A DNA stretch of 49,619 nt from a virus (lineage: Duplodnaviria > Caudoviricetes), in IMG/VR virus record IMGVR_UViG_3300032239_001017, positions 1-49,619 of that record. One strand, given 5' to 3'. The notes under the pieces were generated by a model. It ran no database searches. It saw only the letters and a program-made list of their open reading frames with translations, and was not told the origin of the DNA. This document shows positions 26,711 to 36,870 of the stretch, piece by piece; the first letter of the stretch is position 1, and every line of letters begins with the position of its first letter. The position numbers and the translations under genes are program-made.

Positions 26711-29700
26711 TGTCATCAAGAATTCAAATTCGCAGAGATACAGCGGCCAACTGGCATTCCGTCAACCCAGAACTTCTTTCTGGAGAACTCGGTTATGAAA
26801 CCAACACTGGCAAACTGAAGATTGGTACTGGCGCGCATTGGGACGACACTCCTTACTTTGTATATGAAAATACTAAATTAGATAATCTTAACGATGTCAC
26901 CATTGTTGATGTTGCTAATGGGGACTTCCTTCGTTATGACAGTTCTGCTTCTGTATGGATTAACGATGCCGTAAACCTCTCTACTGACACTATTGGAGAT
27001 TATGTAGAGTCACTCGTTGAAGGCGCTGGAATAGTTATTTCCAACAACTCTGGTGAAGGTGCTACTCCAACAATTGCTGTCGATAACTATGACCAATTGG
27101 TAACTAGTGCATCGCTTGAGATGCGACTTGCCTCAGAACACTGGCATAAAGGTGTTCGTCTTGCCACAACAGAGCCACTTCCAGACGGCGCGACTTACAC
27201 CCCTGGAGAAGAAGATTCAGATGGTGGATTTGGTCTCGGTGCCGTAATCCATTCAACATCAAATGCACGTCTTTCTATCGACGGCAACGATGCTGCATCT
27301 GGTGACCGTGTTCTTATTTTAAATCAAGTTGACGCAACTGAAAACGGAGTTTATGTTGTAGTAGCACAGGGCAGCACAAGTGCTCATTGGTCGATTGAGC
27401 GTGCTGCAGACATGAATGGCTCTGTTGCTGGACAAGTAACACAAGGCGAAAGTATTGGTGTTCGTGAAGGTTTTGAGAACAATAGACAGCAGTTTGCCGT
27501 TGAGTCACTCGGAAGCGGAACTGGTGGAGTCCACATTTTTGGAACTGACAATATTTCATTCACACGTTATAGCGGAACGAATTCTTTTAATGCTGGAGAT
27601 GGCCTATCTGTATCTGGGAATACTTTAAATATTATTTCAGAAGATAGCAGTCGAATTTTTGTATCTGGAAGCAGCATTGACCTTGCACAAGTAGTGCGTT
27701 ACATGGATGTTAGTGGTTCGGCTGACCTTAACTTTATTAAAGATGTTGAGACGGATGATTTTGGTCGCGTCCTTGGAGTCACAAAAGGTGAAGTATCACT
27801 TTCGCTTCAAGATAACACCACTGGTGATTACATCGAACACTTAACTGCAAGTACTGGAATTACTATTGAAGGAAGTGGCGCTCATGCTGCAACTGCAATC
27901 GTTTCGGTAACACCAGGAACTTATGACCCATTCGGTTCTGCTGCTTCAGTTTATTATTTGGGCACAAACTTTGCACAAAGTGTTGGGGATGCGGCAAACT
28001 TATATGCAGACAGCCTTGCCGTTAATTATGACCCTGCGGGTTCTGCAAGTACGGCACAGACAAATGCGGAAAACTATGCGGATAGTCTTGCAACAAACTA
28101 CGACCCAGCAGGCTCCGCATCAACCGCTCAGACAAACGCGGAAAACTACGCTGATAGCCTTGCCTCAAATTATGACCCTGCTGGCGCTGCTTCAACTGCT
28201 CAAACTAACGCCGAGAACTATGCAGACAGTTTGGCATCAAACTATGACCCTACTGGTGCAGCAAGTACGGCACAGACTAACGCTGAAAACTACGCTGATA
28301 GTTTAGCCTCAAATTACGACCCAGCAGGCTCTGCGAGTACAGCAGAGACAAATGCAAAAAACTACGCAGACACACTTGCTGGAAATTATGACCCTGCAGG
28401 TTCTGCTTCAACCGCTCAGCAAAATGCAGAAAATTATGCAGATGGATTAGCAGCAAATTATGATATCGCTGGTGCAGCAAACTCTGCATACACGAATGCT
28501 GCGTCTTATGCTGATGGCCTTGCAAGTAACTATGACGCTGCTGGCGCTGCTGGATTGGCGTATACAAATGCAACTGGATACGCGGATGCACTTGCGGCAA
28601 ATTATGACCCTGCTGGTTCTGCGTCTGCCGCTTATACAGATGCGACAGCATATGCTGATGGGCTTGCAGCAAATTACGACCCATCGGGCTCTGCTGCTAC
28701 AGCAGAAACTAATGCAAAGAATTATGCAGACAATCTTGCTACAAACTACGATTCCGCTGGCAGCGCTGCAACTGCTGAGACAAATGCAAAAAATTATGCT
28801 GATGGATTAGCAAGCAATTATGACCCAGCAGGCTCTGCATCAACTGCACAAACAAATGCTGAAAACTATGCAGATGGGCTCGCTTCTAATTATGACACAG
28901 CGGGTTCTGCCTCTACTGCGCAAACGAATGCCGAGAACTATGCAGATGGATTAACCTATGCAATTGATGATTTAACTGACGTTGCAATATCAACACCAGC
29001 AATAGATAATGTTCTTGTCTGGAATGGAACAAACTGGGTAAACCAGAACAGTATTCATCTTAAGTCAACCGTCAACTCAACTGATTCTGATTCTGGCGCT
29101 TTAATTATTGACGGCGGTCTTGGCGTTAAAAAAGACATTCATACTGATGGGGTAATCCATGCAGGAACTGCTCCAACGGTTTCTCTTGACAATGCAGTTG
29201 CTTACTTTAGTGGAAATGAATCTGGGGTAGTACAACTTGGACTTCAGAACCAATCAAGTGCTTCGGTATCAAGTGCTGACTATGTAGCAACAGCAGATAA
29301 TGGCAATGATACTTCAAAGTATCTTGACCTTGGTATTAACAGTTCAACATACGCTGACCCTGACTATAGCGCAACTGGCGCAAATGATGGGTACCTATAT
29401 GTTGATGGTGGAAACCTCGTAATCGGTACTGCTACTGGCGATAAAGATATAAAGTTCAATATCGGTGGCACACAGTCAACCGACATAATGGGAACATGGA
29501 GTGAAACTGTACTTGATATTGCAACTAACTTCAGCGTTTCTGGAAGTGCAAACTTTACTGGTGACATTGTTACTCAGAATGCAGATGTAACTGTTCTAAC
29601 AGCACATGAAATTATTGTTGACTCGCCATCAGCAAGTGTTGTAGCCGCAAAGATTAGTGGATATTCTGGTCAGACCGCAAACCTTACTGAATGGAAGAAC

Positions 29701-32700
29701 TCGGCTGGTACAACCCTTGCCCGTGTTGATAAAGATGGAAATATTACTGCACCAGTATTTATTGGTACAAACATTGGAAACGTGTCATTCTACGGCATCA
29801 ATACCTCTGCTTCAACGATGTACAAGGGTCAACCAATTTATTTGACTGGACTTGACTCACCATCTGGCAATCCAACAATTGCTCTTTCCAATGTTGCTGA
29901 CCCAGCAAAGATGCCTGGTGCAGGTATCGTTGCAGAAGACATCCTTGCTGGTGATACTGGCGAAGTAGTAATGATTGGTCAAATCCTCAATGTTGATACA
30001 TCAGGATGGAACTATAACGACATTCTTTATGTTGATGGTTTAGGGACTCTTACAAACGTAAAGCCAACTGACCCAAATCATTCTGTACAGACGATTGGTA
30101 ACGTAGAGAAGGTTGGAACAGCGCTTGGTGGTGGAGCAATCCTTGTTAACTGCACAGGTACTTTTGTTGAAGCACCAAATACCATTGCAATTCCTGGAAG
30201 CGTAACTGCTTCTGCTGGGTTTTACGGTAGTGGTGCAAATGTTACATCCTTGAACGCAAACAATCTTTCGGCTGGAACAGTACCATCTGCTCGCTTGAGC
30301 CTGACTTCTTCAGATATCCCAACGCTTACAGCAAGTAAGATTTCTGACTTTGCAACAACTGCTAAGGGATACACGCTTGATTCATTTGCAGTTCCAGTAG
30401 CGGCAATTTCAATGAACAGCCAAAAGATTACAAACATGGCTGACCCAACTTCTGGTGCAGATGCCGCAACTAAATCGTATGTAGACAACCTCTCATCTGG
30501 TCTTCGTATTAAACAGGCTGTTAACAGGGCGACAAACGCAGTCTTGCCCAACACGCCTACTTATCATGATGGTGCGGCTGACAGTAGCCAGGGTCTTGGT
30601 GATGGTGCTTACCTTGAAAGTGCGACAAACACCCGTCTTTCTGTAGACGGCGGCAACGTGTCTACTGGTCAACGAGTCCTTGTCAAAGACCAAGCAACGG
30701 CATCACATAACGGTATCTACTATGTAACCGAACAAGGTGGCGGTGGAGTTCATTGGGTTCTAACCCGTGCAGATGACTCCAACAACACCCCTGCTGGTGA
30801 AGTTCGTAAAGGCGACTATGTTTCGGTATTGGTTGGTTCAGCAAACGCTGGTACATCTTGGACCATTGCAAACGATGGTACGGCTACAACCCCACTTAAC
30901 GGTATTAAAATCGGTACTGACGCTATTAACTGGATTCAGTTTAACGGTGCGGCTTCATATGTAGCAGGTGGCGGTATGACGCTGTCTGGAACAACATTTG
31001 ACGTTGCTACGGCAAGTTCTGACCGAATCGTCATTAACGCTGACAGTATTGACCTTGCAACAGTTTCTCGTTCAGACACATCTGGAAGTCCTGGCGGAAC
31101 ACGCATCACATCTATTACGACCGACTCGTATGGTCGTGTAACTGGAACTGTTTCATCAGCACAGTCTGATGCAACCACTACAACAAAGGGTATTGCATCC
31201 TTTGATTCTGGAGACTTCTCAGTATCTTCTGGCGCTGTAACCATCAAAACTGGTGGTGTTGGTAATACCCAGTTGGAGAACTCGTCTGTAACTATTGGTT
31301 CTTCATCAGTAAGCCTTGGTGGAACTACATCGTCACTTACTGGTCTTTCTTCAGTATCGGCAACAACCTTTACTGGTAACTTGACTGGTTCTGTAAGTGG
31401 TAACGCATCCACGGTGACTAACGGTGTTTACACCACAGATACTGGAACCGTCACCAATACCATGCTGTCTGGCTCTATTGCAGACACCAAGTTGAGCACT
31501 ATTTCAACTACTGGCAAGGTATCTAACTCAGCAACTACTGCAACTTCAGCCAATACTGCAAGTGCAATTGTGGCCCGTGATGCCTCTGGAAACTTCACTG
31601 CCAATATCATCACGGCTGACCTTTCTGGAAACGCTACAACAGCAACATCTGCCACTAGCGCAACAAACGCTACTAACGCAGCGATTACGGACACCACAAC
31701 GACTGCTGGAACTTACTATCCAGTATTTTCGTCTACATCAACTGGTAACTCTACGCTTCGTACCGATAGCACTGGTCTTACCTATAACCCATCAACGAAT
31801 ACCCTGACCGCTTCAACATTCAGTGGTGCATTGTCTGGAAATGCCAGTACAGCAACCAGCGCAACGACCGCAGCATCACTTACAACTGGAAGAGCAATTG
31901 CTCTTACGGGAGATGTAACTGGTTCGGTGACATTTGATGGTTCGGCTTCAGTTTCAATTACTACAACAATTGCGGCTGATTCCGTAGTACTTGGCACAGA
32001 TACTACTGGTAACTACGTATCCTCATTGGTTGCTGGAACTGGTGTCACTCTATCCAATAATACTGGCGAAGGCGCTACACCAACAGTAGCAATCGGCCAG
32101 GCAGTTAGCACCTCAAGCAATGTTACATTCAACAATGTCATAGCAAGTGGTCTTTTGACGGTAGGAACAGGAATTGGTTCAGAAGGTGGAGAAATACAAC
32201 TTGCACCAGCAGTAACTGGAAACACGCTAACTGGAAACATTGTAATCGACATTTATCAAAATAAACTTCGTATTTTTGAAAATGGTGGAACTACCCGCGG
32301 TGTTTATATTGACCTCAGTGCTGCCACTGGTGGTGTCGGTACAAACCTTATTACAACACCTGGTTCGACAACATTAATTGGACTGACTGATGTTACGGCA
32401 TCTGCCGCTGCTTCTGGAGATTACCTAAAGTACAACGGAAGCAAATGGGTAAACCAGAGCGGAGTTGTAAACACTGCAGACACTGGAACTGTCACCAACA
32501 CCATGTTGGCTGGCTCCATCGCTGACTCAAAACTTAGCACGATTTCTACTGCTGGCAAAGTATCCAACTCGGCGACTACGGCAACTGCTTCAAATACAGC
32601 AAGCGCAATCGTAGCCCGAGATTCTTCTGGAAACTTCACCGCAGGAACTATTACTGCTACATCAATTGCTACAGCATCTACATATATTGGAACAACGCAG

Positions 32701-33651
32701 ATAGCACTTAATAGGTCGTCTGCCAATCAGTCACTGGATGGAATTTTAAGCGTAACACTTCCTGGCTCCACATCTGGAACAGTGCAACTTATTCCAACTG
32801 CTGCTGTTGGCACTGGAACCGTTCTTACAATTCCAGCAACAACTGGAACAATCATCACGACTGGTGACTCTGGAACTGTTACTAACACGATGCTTGCAGG
32901 CTCTATTGCTGATACAAAACTCAGCACTATTTCAACTGCCAACAAAGTATCAAACTCCGCTACGACGGCAACATCTGCTAATACCGCTTCCGCGATAGTC
33001 GCTCGTGACTCTTCTGGCAACTTTACCGCTGGAACCATCACAGCAACCGCGATTGCTACAGCAGCGACATACATAGGAACTACTCAAGTAGCGCTTAACC
33101 GCTCGTCGGCAAACCTTGCTCTGACTGGTATCTCCAGCGTCGCTCTTCCAGGTTCAACCTCTGGAACCGTAACCCTGCAGCCAACAGCAACTGCAGGAAC
33201 CACGACAATTACCCTGCCAGCAACAACTGGTACGGTAATCACGACTGGTGACTCTGGAACCGTAACTAGCACGATGATTGCTGATGGAACCATCGTAAAC
33301 GCCGATATTTCTACTACTGCAGCAATCGACCTTGGAAAACTGGCTGACGTTTCGACCACGACAGCGTCTGTTTCTTACACGCTTGTATTGACGGACAAAA
33401 ATAAGATTGTTGAAATTAGTAACGCCTCGGCGAATACCCTGACCGTTCCTTTGAACTCATCGGTAGCATTCCCAGTTGGCTCACAAATCACCTTTATACA
33501 GACTGGTGCTGGTCAGACCACAATCACTCCAACTGGTGGTGTAACCATTAACGGAACTCCTGGTCTAAAGTTGCGCGCGCAATGGTCCTCTGCTACGCTA
33601 ATCAAGCGTGCTACCGATACGTGGGTAGCAATAGGAGACTTGAGCGCATAA
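26710..33651 (+). CDS. Giant (2313 aa) Thr/Ser/Ala-rich tail fibre/adhesin with Mtd_N-like N-terminus
   Basis: RIQIRRDTAANW..NPELLSGELGYETNTGKLKIG; multiple internal repeats; C-terminal FPVGSQI...WVAIGDL module. Confidence 0.85.
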   Translation: MSSRIQIRRDTAANWHSVNPELLSGELGYETNTGKLKIGTGAHWDDTPYFVYENTKLDNLNDVTIVDVANGDFLRYDSSASVWINDAVNLSTDTIGDYVESLVEGAGIVISNNSGEGATPTIAVDNYDQLVTSASLEMRLASEHWHKGVRLATTEPLPDGATYTPGEEDSDGGFGLGAVIHSTSNARLSIDGNDAASGDRVLILNQVDATENGVYVVVAQGSTSAHWSIERAADMNGSVAGQVTQGESIGVREGFENNRQQFAVESLGSGTGGVHIFGTDNISFTRYSGTNSFNAGDGLSVSGNTLNIISEDSSRIFVSGSSIDLAQVVRYMDVSGSADLNFIKDVETDDFGRVLGVTKGEVSLSLQDNTTGDYIEHLTASTGITIEGSGAHAATAIVSVTPGTYDPFGSAASVYYLGTNFAQSVGDAANLYADSLAVNYDPAGSASTAQTNAENYADSLATNYDPAGSASTAQTNAENYADSLASNYDPAGAASTAQTNAENYADSLASNYDPTGAASTAQTNAENYADSLASNYDPAGSASTAETNAKNYADTLAGNYDPAGSASTAQQNAENYADGLAANYDIAGAANSAYTNAASYADGLASNYDAAGAAGLAYTNATGYADALAANYDPAGSASAAYTDATAYADGLAANYDPSGSAATAETNAKNYADNLATNYDSAGSAATAETNAKNYADGLASNYDPAGSASTAQTNAENYADGLASNYDTAGSASTAQTNAENYADGLTYAIDDLTDVAISTPAIDNVLVWNGTNWVNQNSIHLKSTVNSTDSDSGALIIDGGLGVKKDIHTDGVIHAGTAPTVSLDNAVAYFSGNESGVVQLGLQNQSSASVSSADYVATADNGNDTSKYLDLGINSSTYADPDYSATGANDGYLYVDGGNLVIGTATGDKDIKFNIGGTQSTDIMGTWSETVLDIATNFSVSGSANFTGDIVTQNADVTVLTAHEIIVDSPSASVVAAKISGYSGQTANLTEWKNSAGTTLARVDKDGNITAPVFIGTNIGNVSFYGINTSASTMYKGQPIYLTGLDSPSGNPTIALSNVADPAKMPGAGIVAEDILAGDTGEVVMIGQILNVDTSGWNYNDILYVDGLGTLTNVKPTDPNHSVQTIGNVEKVGTALGGGAILVNCTGTFVEAPNTIAIPGSVTASAGFYGSGANVTSLNANNLSAGTVPSARLSLTSSDIPTLTASKISDFATTAKGYTLDSFAVPVAAISMNSQKITNMADPTSGADAATKSYVDNLSSGLRIKQAVNRATNAVLPNTPTYHDGAADSSQGLGDGAYLESATNTRLSVDGGNVSTGQRVLVKDQATASHNGIYYVTEQGGGGVHWVLTRADDSNNTPAGEVRKGDYVSVLVGSANAGTSWTIANDGTATTPLNGIKIGTDAINWIQFNGAASYVAGGGMTLSGTTFDVATASSDRIVINADSIDLATVSRSDTSGSPGGTRITSITTDSYGRVTGTVSSAQSDATTTTKGIASFDSGDFSVSSGAVTIKTGGVGNTQLENSSVTIGSSSVSLGGTTSSLTGLSSVSATTFTGNLTGSVSGNASTVTNGVYTTDTGTVTNTMLSGSIADTKLSTISTTGKVSNSATTATSANTASAIVARDASGNFTANIITADLSGNATTATSATSATNATNAAITDTTTTAGTYYPVFSSTSTGNSTLRTDSTGLTYNPSTNTLTASTFSGALSGNASTATSATTAASLTTGRAIALTGDVTGSVTFDGSASVSITTTIAADSVVLGTDTTGNYVSSLVAGTGVTLSNNTGEGATPTVAIGQAVSTSSNVTFNNVIASGLLTVGTGIGSEGGEIQLAPAVTGNTLTGNIVIDIYQNKLRIFENGGTTRGVYIDLSAATGGVGTNLITTPGSTTLIGLTDVTASAAASGDYLKYNGSKWVNQSGVVNTADTGTVTNTMLAGSIADSKLSTISTAGKVSNSATTATASNTASAIVARDSSGNFTAGTITATSIATASTYIGTTQIALNRSSANQSLDGILSVTLPGSTSGTVQLIPTAAVGTGTVLTIPATTGTIITTGDSGTVTNTMLAGSIADTKLSTISTANKVSNSATTATSANTASAIVARDSSGNFTAGTITATAIATAATYIGTTQVALNRSSANLALTGISSVALPGSTSGTVTLQPTATAGTTTITLPATTGTVITTGDSGTVTSTMIADGTIVNADISTTAAIDLGKLADVSTTTASVSYTLVLTDKNKIVEISNASANTLTVPLNSSVAFPVGSQITFIQTGAGQTTITPTGGVTINGTPGLKLRAQWSSATLIKRATDTWVAIGDLSA
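28024..28959 (+). repeat. 13 tandem 72-nt coding repeats (24 aa, NYDPAGSASTAQTNAENYADxLAx)
   Basis: Counted from the translation; codons differ synonymously between copies. Confidence 0.92.
31438..33290 (+). repeat. Internal duplications in the giant fibre (DTGTVTNTML.GSIAD.KLSTIST...ARD.SGNFTA)
   Basis: Copies start near 31438, 32479 and 32866; the last two form a ~129-aa tandem duplication. Confidence 0.85.
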
Positions 33652-34604
33652 TGGCACTATTTAAAGATTCTGGTGGTAAGCAGCCAGGAACACCAACAGT
33701 TGGAACAGTTACGTACAGCAGTGTCAACGGTACTGTTACTGTTCCTTTTACTGCTCCAGCATGGATTGGAAAAGGAACAGTAACATACAGGGCAACGGCA
33801 AGCACTGGCCCAACTTATACAACTAGCGCATCTCCTTTTTCTATTAATACTGGATTGACAATGGGGACGGCTGTTTCTTTCACTGTTACTGCCATATCAA
33901 GTACTGGAGCAGAATCTCTTGCTTCTTCTTCATCAAATACCATTACTCCTGGTATTGCGCCAGTGTATACTGCAGCACCAACAATTATGGCGATTGGCAA
34001 TGGACAGGTTACAATCTCGGTAACTGGAACCCCTGGAACTGGGCCAAATACATTTGTGGCGACTTCAAGCCCAGGTGGTTTTACAGCAACAAATACAACT
34101 GGAAACCCATTAACTGTAACTGGTCTAACTAACGGAACATCGTATACATTTGGAGTGAGTGTCACAAGTGCATATGGTGGTTCATCAACCTCCCCATCTG
34201 CAGCAGCAGTGCCAGGAATTGCCCCAGGCGCTCCAACTATTGGTACAGCAACTGCTGGAAACGCTTCAGCAACAGTTGCATATACTGCTGGAACTGCAGG
34301 TACAGGAACAACCACATTTACTGCTACATCCACTCCTGGAAGCCTTACAGGAACTGGTGCTTCCCCAATCACTGTAAGCGGTCTAACTAACGGGACTGCA
34401 TACACATTTACTGTTCGGGCGTCTAACTCTTATGGTTCAGCAACATCTGGTTCATCTAACTCGGTTACACCAGTTGCCCCTCCATACTTCCCACCGTTCT
34501 TTCCACCGTTCTTCCCTCCATTCTTCCCTCCATTTTTCCCACCGTTCTTCCCACCGTTCTTTCCACCGTTCTTCCCGCCATTCTTCCCACCTGCGTTTAA
34601 GTAG
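33651..34604 (+). CDS. Fibronectin type III-like repeat protein with C-terminal PPYF-(PPFF)8-PPAFK tail
   Basis: Three Fn3-like units (..SPITVSGLTNGTAYTFTVRASN..); TAATG coupling to the giant fibre gene. Confidence 0.85.
   Translation: MALFKDSGGKQPGTPTVGTVTYSSVNGTVTVPFTAPAWIGKGTVTYRATASTGPTYTTSASPFSINTGLTMGTAVSFTVTAISSTGAESLASSSSNTITPGIAPVYTAAPTIMAIGNGQVTISVTGTPGTGPNTFVATSSPGGFTATNTTGNPLTVTGLTNGTSYTFGVSVTSAYGGSSTSPSAAAVPGIAPGAPTIGTATAGNASATVAYTAGTAGTGTTTFTATSTPGSLTGTGASPITVSGLTNGTAYTFTVRASNSYGSATSGSSNSVTPVAPPYFPPFFPPFFPPFFPPFFPPFFPPFFPPFFPPFFPPAFK
34479..34601 (+). repeat. 12-nt coding repeat encoding (PPFF)n
   Basis: ccaccgttcttt / cctccattcttc variants with synonymous changes; 10 PP dipeptides. 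Confidence 0.95.
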
Positions 34605-34647
34605 TTAGTTATAGTAAAAGCGATAGGATTCTTAATAAAGAAGGCGC

Positions 34648-35310
34648 ATGCAGCCACAAAAAACTAGTTTGACAATTGTTCCAAACTTTATTTGCAAAGA
34701 TGACGCTGGAAAAATTATTGATTTAGTATTAAAATCTTCCAATCGGTTTAATTCAGAAGTAAATCAAGATGGAAAGCAGATATCGACTGCCGATAATGCT
34801 GCGGGAAATATGGGGTGGGAGGAAGCGCCAACAAAACTAAGGAACGGGTCATCGTATTACATTCCTTCTTTTTCTCCCAATCCAAAGCCGATGAATGATA
34901 ATGGCTTTTCAGTTAATTACCGCGAGGATACTGAATTGTGGTATTTAACAGATAAGTATATTATGTCAGTTTCTGAACATATAAAAACAATGTTCGGCAT
35001 TGAACAATTAGAACTAATGGCATCGATTCTCCGCCGCGGGGATGTTGGGGCGAGTATGCCACCACACCAAGATGGCCCAGTATTAAATGGTCAAGAGTTG
35101 GTCGATATTGATTTTAGTTGCTTTGTTTTCTTGAATGATGATTTTGATGGTGGTTCTATAATCTTCGAAGAACTAGGTATTTCGTGGAAACCACTGGCAG
35201 GTTCTGCTATTTTTTTAAGCAATACTTCAACAAAGTTGATGGTCCATGAGATTGAAAAAATTACTAGAGGACAGCGATTTTCAATAAATACATTCTTTAG
35301 GGCAATCTAA
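34648..35310 (+). CDS. Prolyl-4-hydroxylase-like 2OG-Fe(II) oxygenase
   Basis: HQD...FLNDDFDGG...HEI...GQRFS. Confidence 0.88.
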   Translation: MQPQKTSLTIVPNFICKDDAGKIIDLVLKSSNRFNSEVNQDGKQISTADNAAGNMGWEEAPTKLRNGSSYYIPSFSPNPKPMNDNGFSVNYREDTELWYLTDKYIMSVSEHIKTMFGIEQLELMASILRRGDVGASMPPHQDGPVLNGQELVDIDFSCFVFLNDDFDGGSIIFEELGISWKPLAGSAIFLSNTSTKLMVHEIEKITRGQRFSINTFFRAI

Positions 35311-35327
35311 GCAGTTAGGATATAACA

Positions 35328-35951
35328 ATGACATCCCCATGGCTAGTTCCGCCTGGATACTTTGGTAAATCCAAAGACAATATTAGGATACTAGATAACT
35401 TCATTGACATAAATGATGTTAAAAAAATATATGAGTTTTCAAAGTCAATTACTGAATGGGACAATCCAATCAAGGAGAATCAGTACGACCAAAATGGCGT
35501 CTGCACATACGATGCAGATTACTGGAATGACCGACAATGCCCAGCGCATTTGATTAAGAAACAAAGCCAAGAAATACATGACCTAATTGATTTCTATATT
35601 GTAAAAATGCAGCAATACGCAGAGGATTTTTTCAAAGTAAAACTTGACAAAAGAAGCCCAGTAATAGTTCGCTGGTTTAAGGGAATTGAGCAAAGGCCCC
35701 ATGCTGACAAGCAATTAAATGACGGCTCGCCTAACCCATTCACAGACTATGACCTAAATGCTTTGTTTTACTACAACGATGAATTTGATGGTGGTGAACT
35801 CTATTATCCAAACCATGATATAACCGTCAAACCAAAGCCTGGTCTTGCAATAATTCATCCTGGAGATATCCACTACCTGCATGGTGTAAAAATGGTTACT
35901 TCTGGGGAAAGGTTTACTACCCCAGCATTTTACTCCGTAACAGAATTATAA
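35328..35951 (+). CDS. Prolyl-4-hydroxylase-like 2OG-Fe(II) oxygenase
   Basis: HAD...YYNDEFDGGEL...HGV..VTSGERF. Confidence 0.9.
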   Translation: MTSPWLVPPGYFGKSKDNIRILDNFIDINDVKKIYEFSKSITEWDNPIKENQYDQNGVCTYDADYWNDRQCPAHLIKKQSQEIHDLIDFYIVKMQQYAEDFFKVKLDKRSPVIVRWFKGIEQRPHADKQLNDGSPNPFTDYDLNALFYYNDEFDGGELYYPNHDITVKPKPGLAIIHPGDIHYLHGVKMVTSGERFTTPAFYSVTEL

Positions 35952-35977
35952 ATCAAACCCTGATAGGACATAAAAAA

Positions 35978-36679
35978 ATGACAATACTTAAACTGGTGCA
36001 AGTATCAAATAATCCTCCAAGAGTTGAGCAATCCCGAATCAAGCGCGACTGGATGGACGCAACATATAATAAGCATGCGTATCAATGCCTTCCTATGACA
36101 TACGCAAATGTTTATGGCTGGGAACTTCAACTACAACAAGATGTGGTTGTTCAATGGGATGGCTCTAGCACGCCTCCCAATATCATTAGCGGAGGAATGC
36201 TTGGAGACCAAGTAGTGGCAAGCGGGAATATCATAGGGATGGTCTCATTTAGGGTTGGATACGCTTTCAGGACAGAAGAGCCATATTCTTTATTTATCGG
36301 CGGCTCCCCAAACTACTTTCTGGATGGCGCTGAGGCGCTTTCAGCAATTATTCCAAGCCAATGGTGGCCAGATACATTTGAGATGAACTGGATGATTAAT
36401 AAGGTAGACGAGCCAGTTGTATTTCCTGCGGGAATGCCATTCATGTTTTTTAATATCTTCGACTCATCGGTGCTTGAGAATGTAAAAATTGAAACTGAAT
36501 TTTTTTGGGATGATGCAGAACTGGTTGCTTCTCGCCAGAAGTATGGAGACATGAAGATGAAGAATCAGATGGAAAACCCCTGGACATGGACAAAAGGCAT
36601 TCGAACTGGGCTAGACGCTGATGGGAATAGAATCGGCCCGACATTTAATGGTTTACCAAAACTGGATGAGCCTCAATGA
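35978..36679 (+). CDS. DUF6065-like protein
   Basis: RDWMD...HAYQCLPM..AN.YGW...GSPN...F.MNW motif. Confidence 0.75.
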   Translation: MTILKLVQVSNNPPRVEQSRIKRDWMDATYNKHAYQCLPMTYANVYGWELQLQQDVVVQWDGSSTPPNIISGGMLGDQVVASGNIIGMVSFRVGYAFRTEEPYSLFIGGSPNYFLDGAEALSAIIPSQWWPDTFEMNWMINKVDEPVVFPAGMPFMFFNIFDSSVLENVKIETEFFWDDAELVASRQKYGDMKMKNQMENPWTWTKGIRTGLDADGNRIGPTFNGLPKLDEPQ

Positions 36680-36870
36680 ATCATTTCGCAAGGCAGCAGG
36701 CAAAGTTATACCTAGAGAGGTCAATTTCAACTCTTGAAGCAATTCTTGGCGTTGATGCCTTCTCGCTTGATGAAATTCCAGTAGAACCATCTTCTGCTCT
36801 GTATGACTCATACTTCTGCTTATTGCATGAAGTTTCTGCTTATAAAAAGTTGTTAGATAATGCACAATGA
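36676..36870 (+). CDS. Hypothetical protein
   Basis: ATGA-coupled 64-aa ORF. Confidence 0.55.
   Translation: MNHFARQQAKLYLERSISTLEAILGVDAFSLDEIPVEPSSALYDSYFCLLHEVSAYKKLLDNAQ

Noticed and set aside
28024-28959. Possible CRISPR array
   Set aside because: The repeats are contiguous in-frame 72-nt coding units with third-position variation, no unique spacers and no cas operon.
26710-33651. Diversity-generating retroelement (Mtd_N-like N-terminus)
   Set aside because: No reverse transcriptase and no TR/VR pair with adenine-specific mismatches seen in the window.
34430-34657. (GGKN)n repeat ORF on the minus strand
   Set aside because: Antisense shadow of the PPFF repeat; the plus-strand gene is translationally coupled to the fibre operon.
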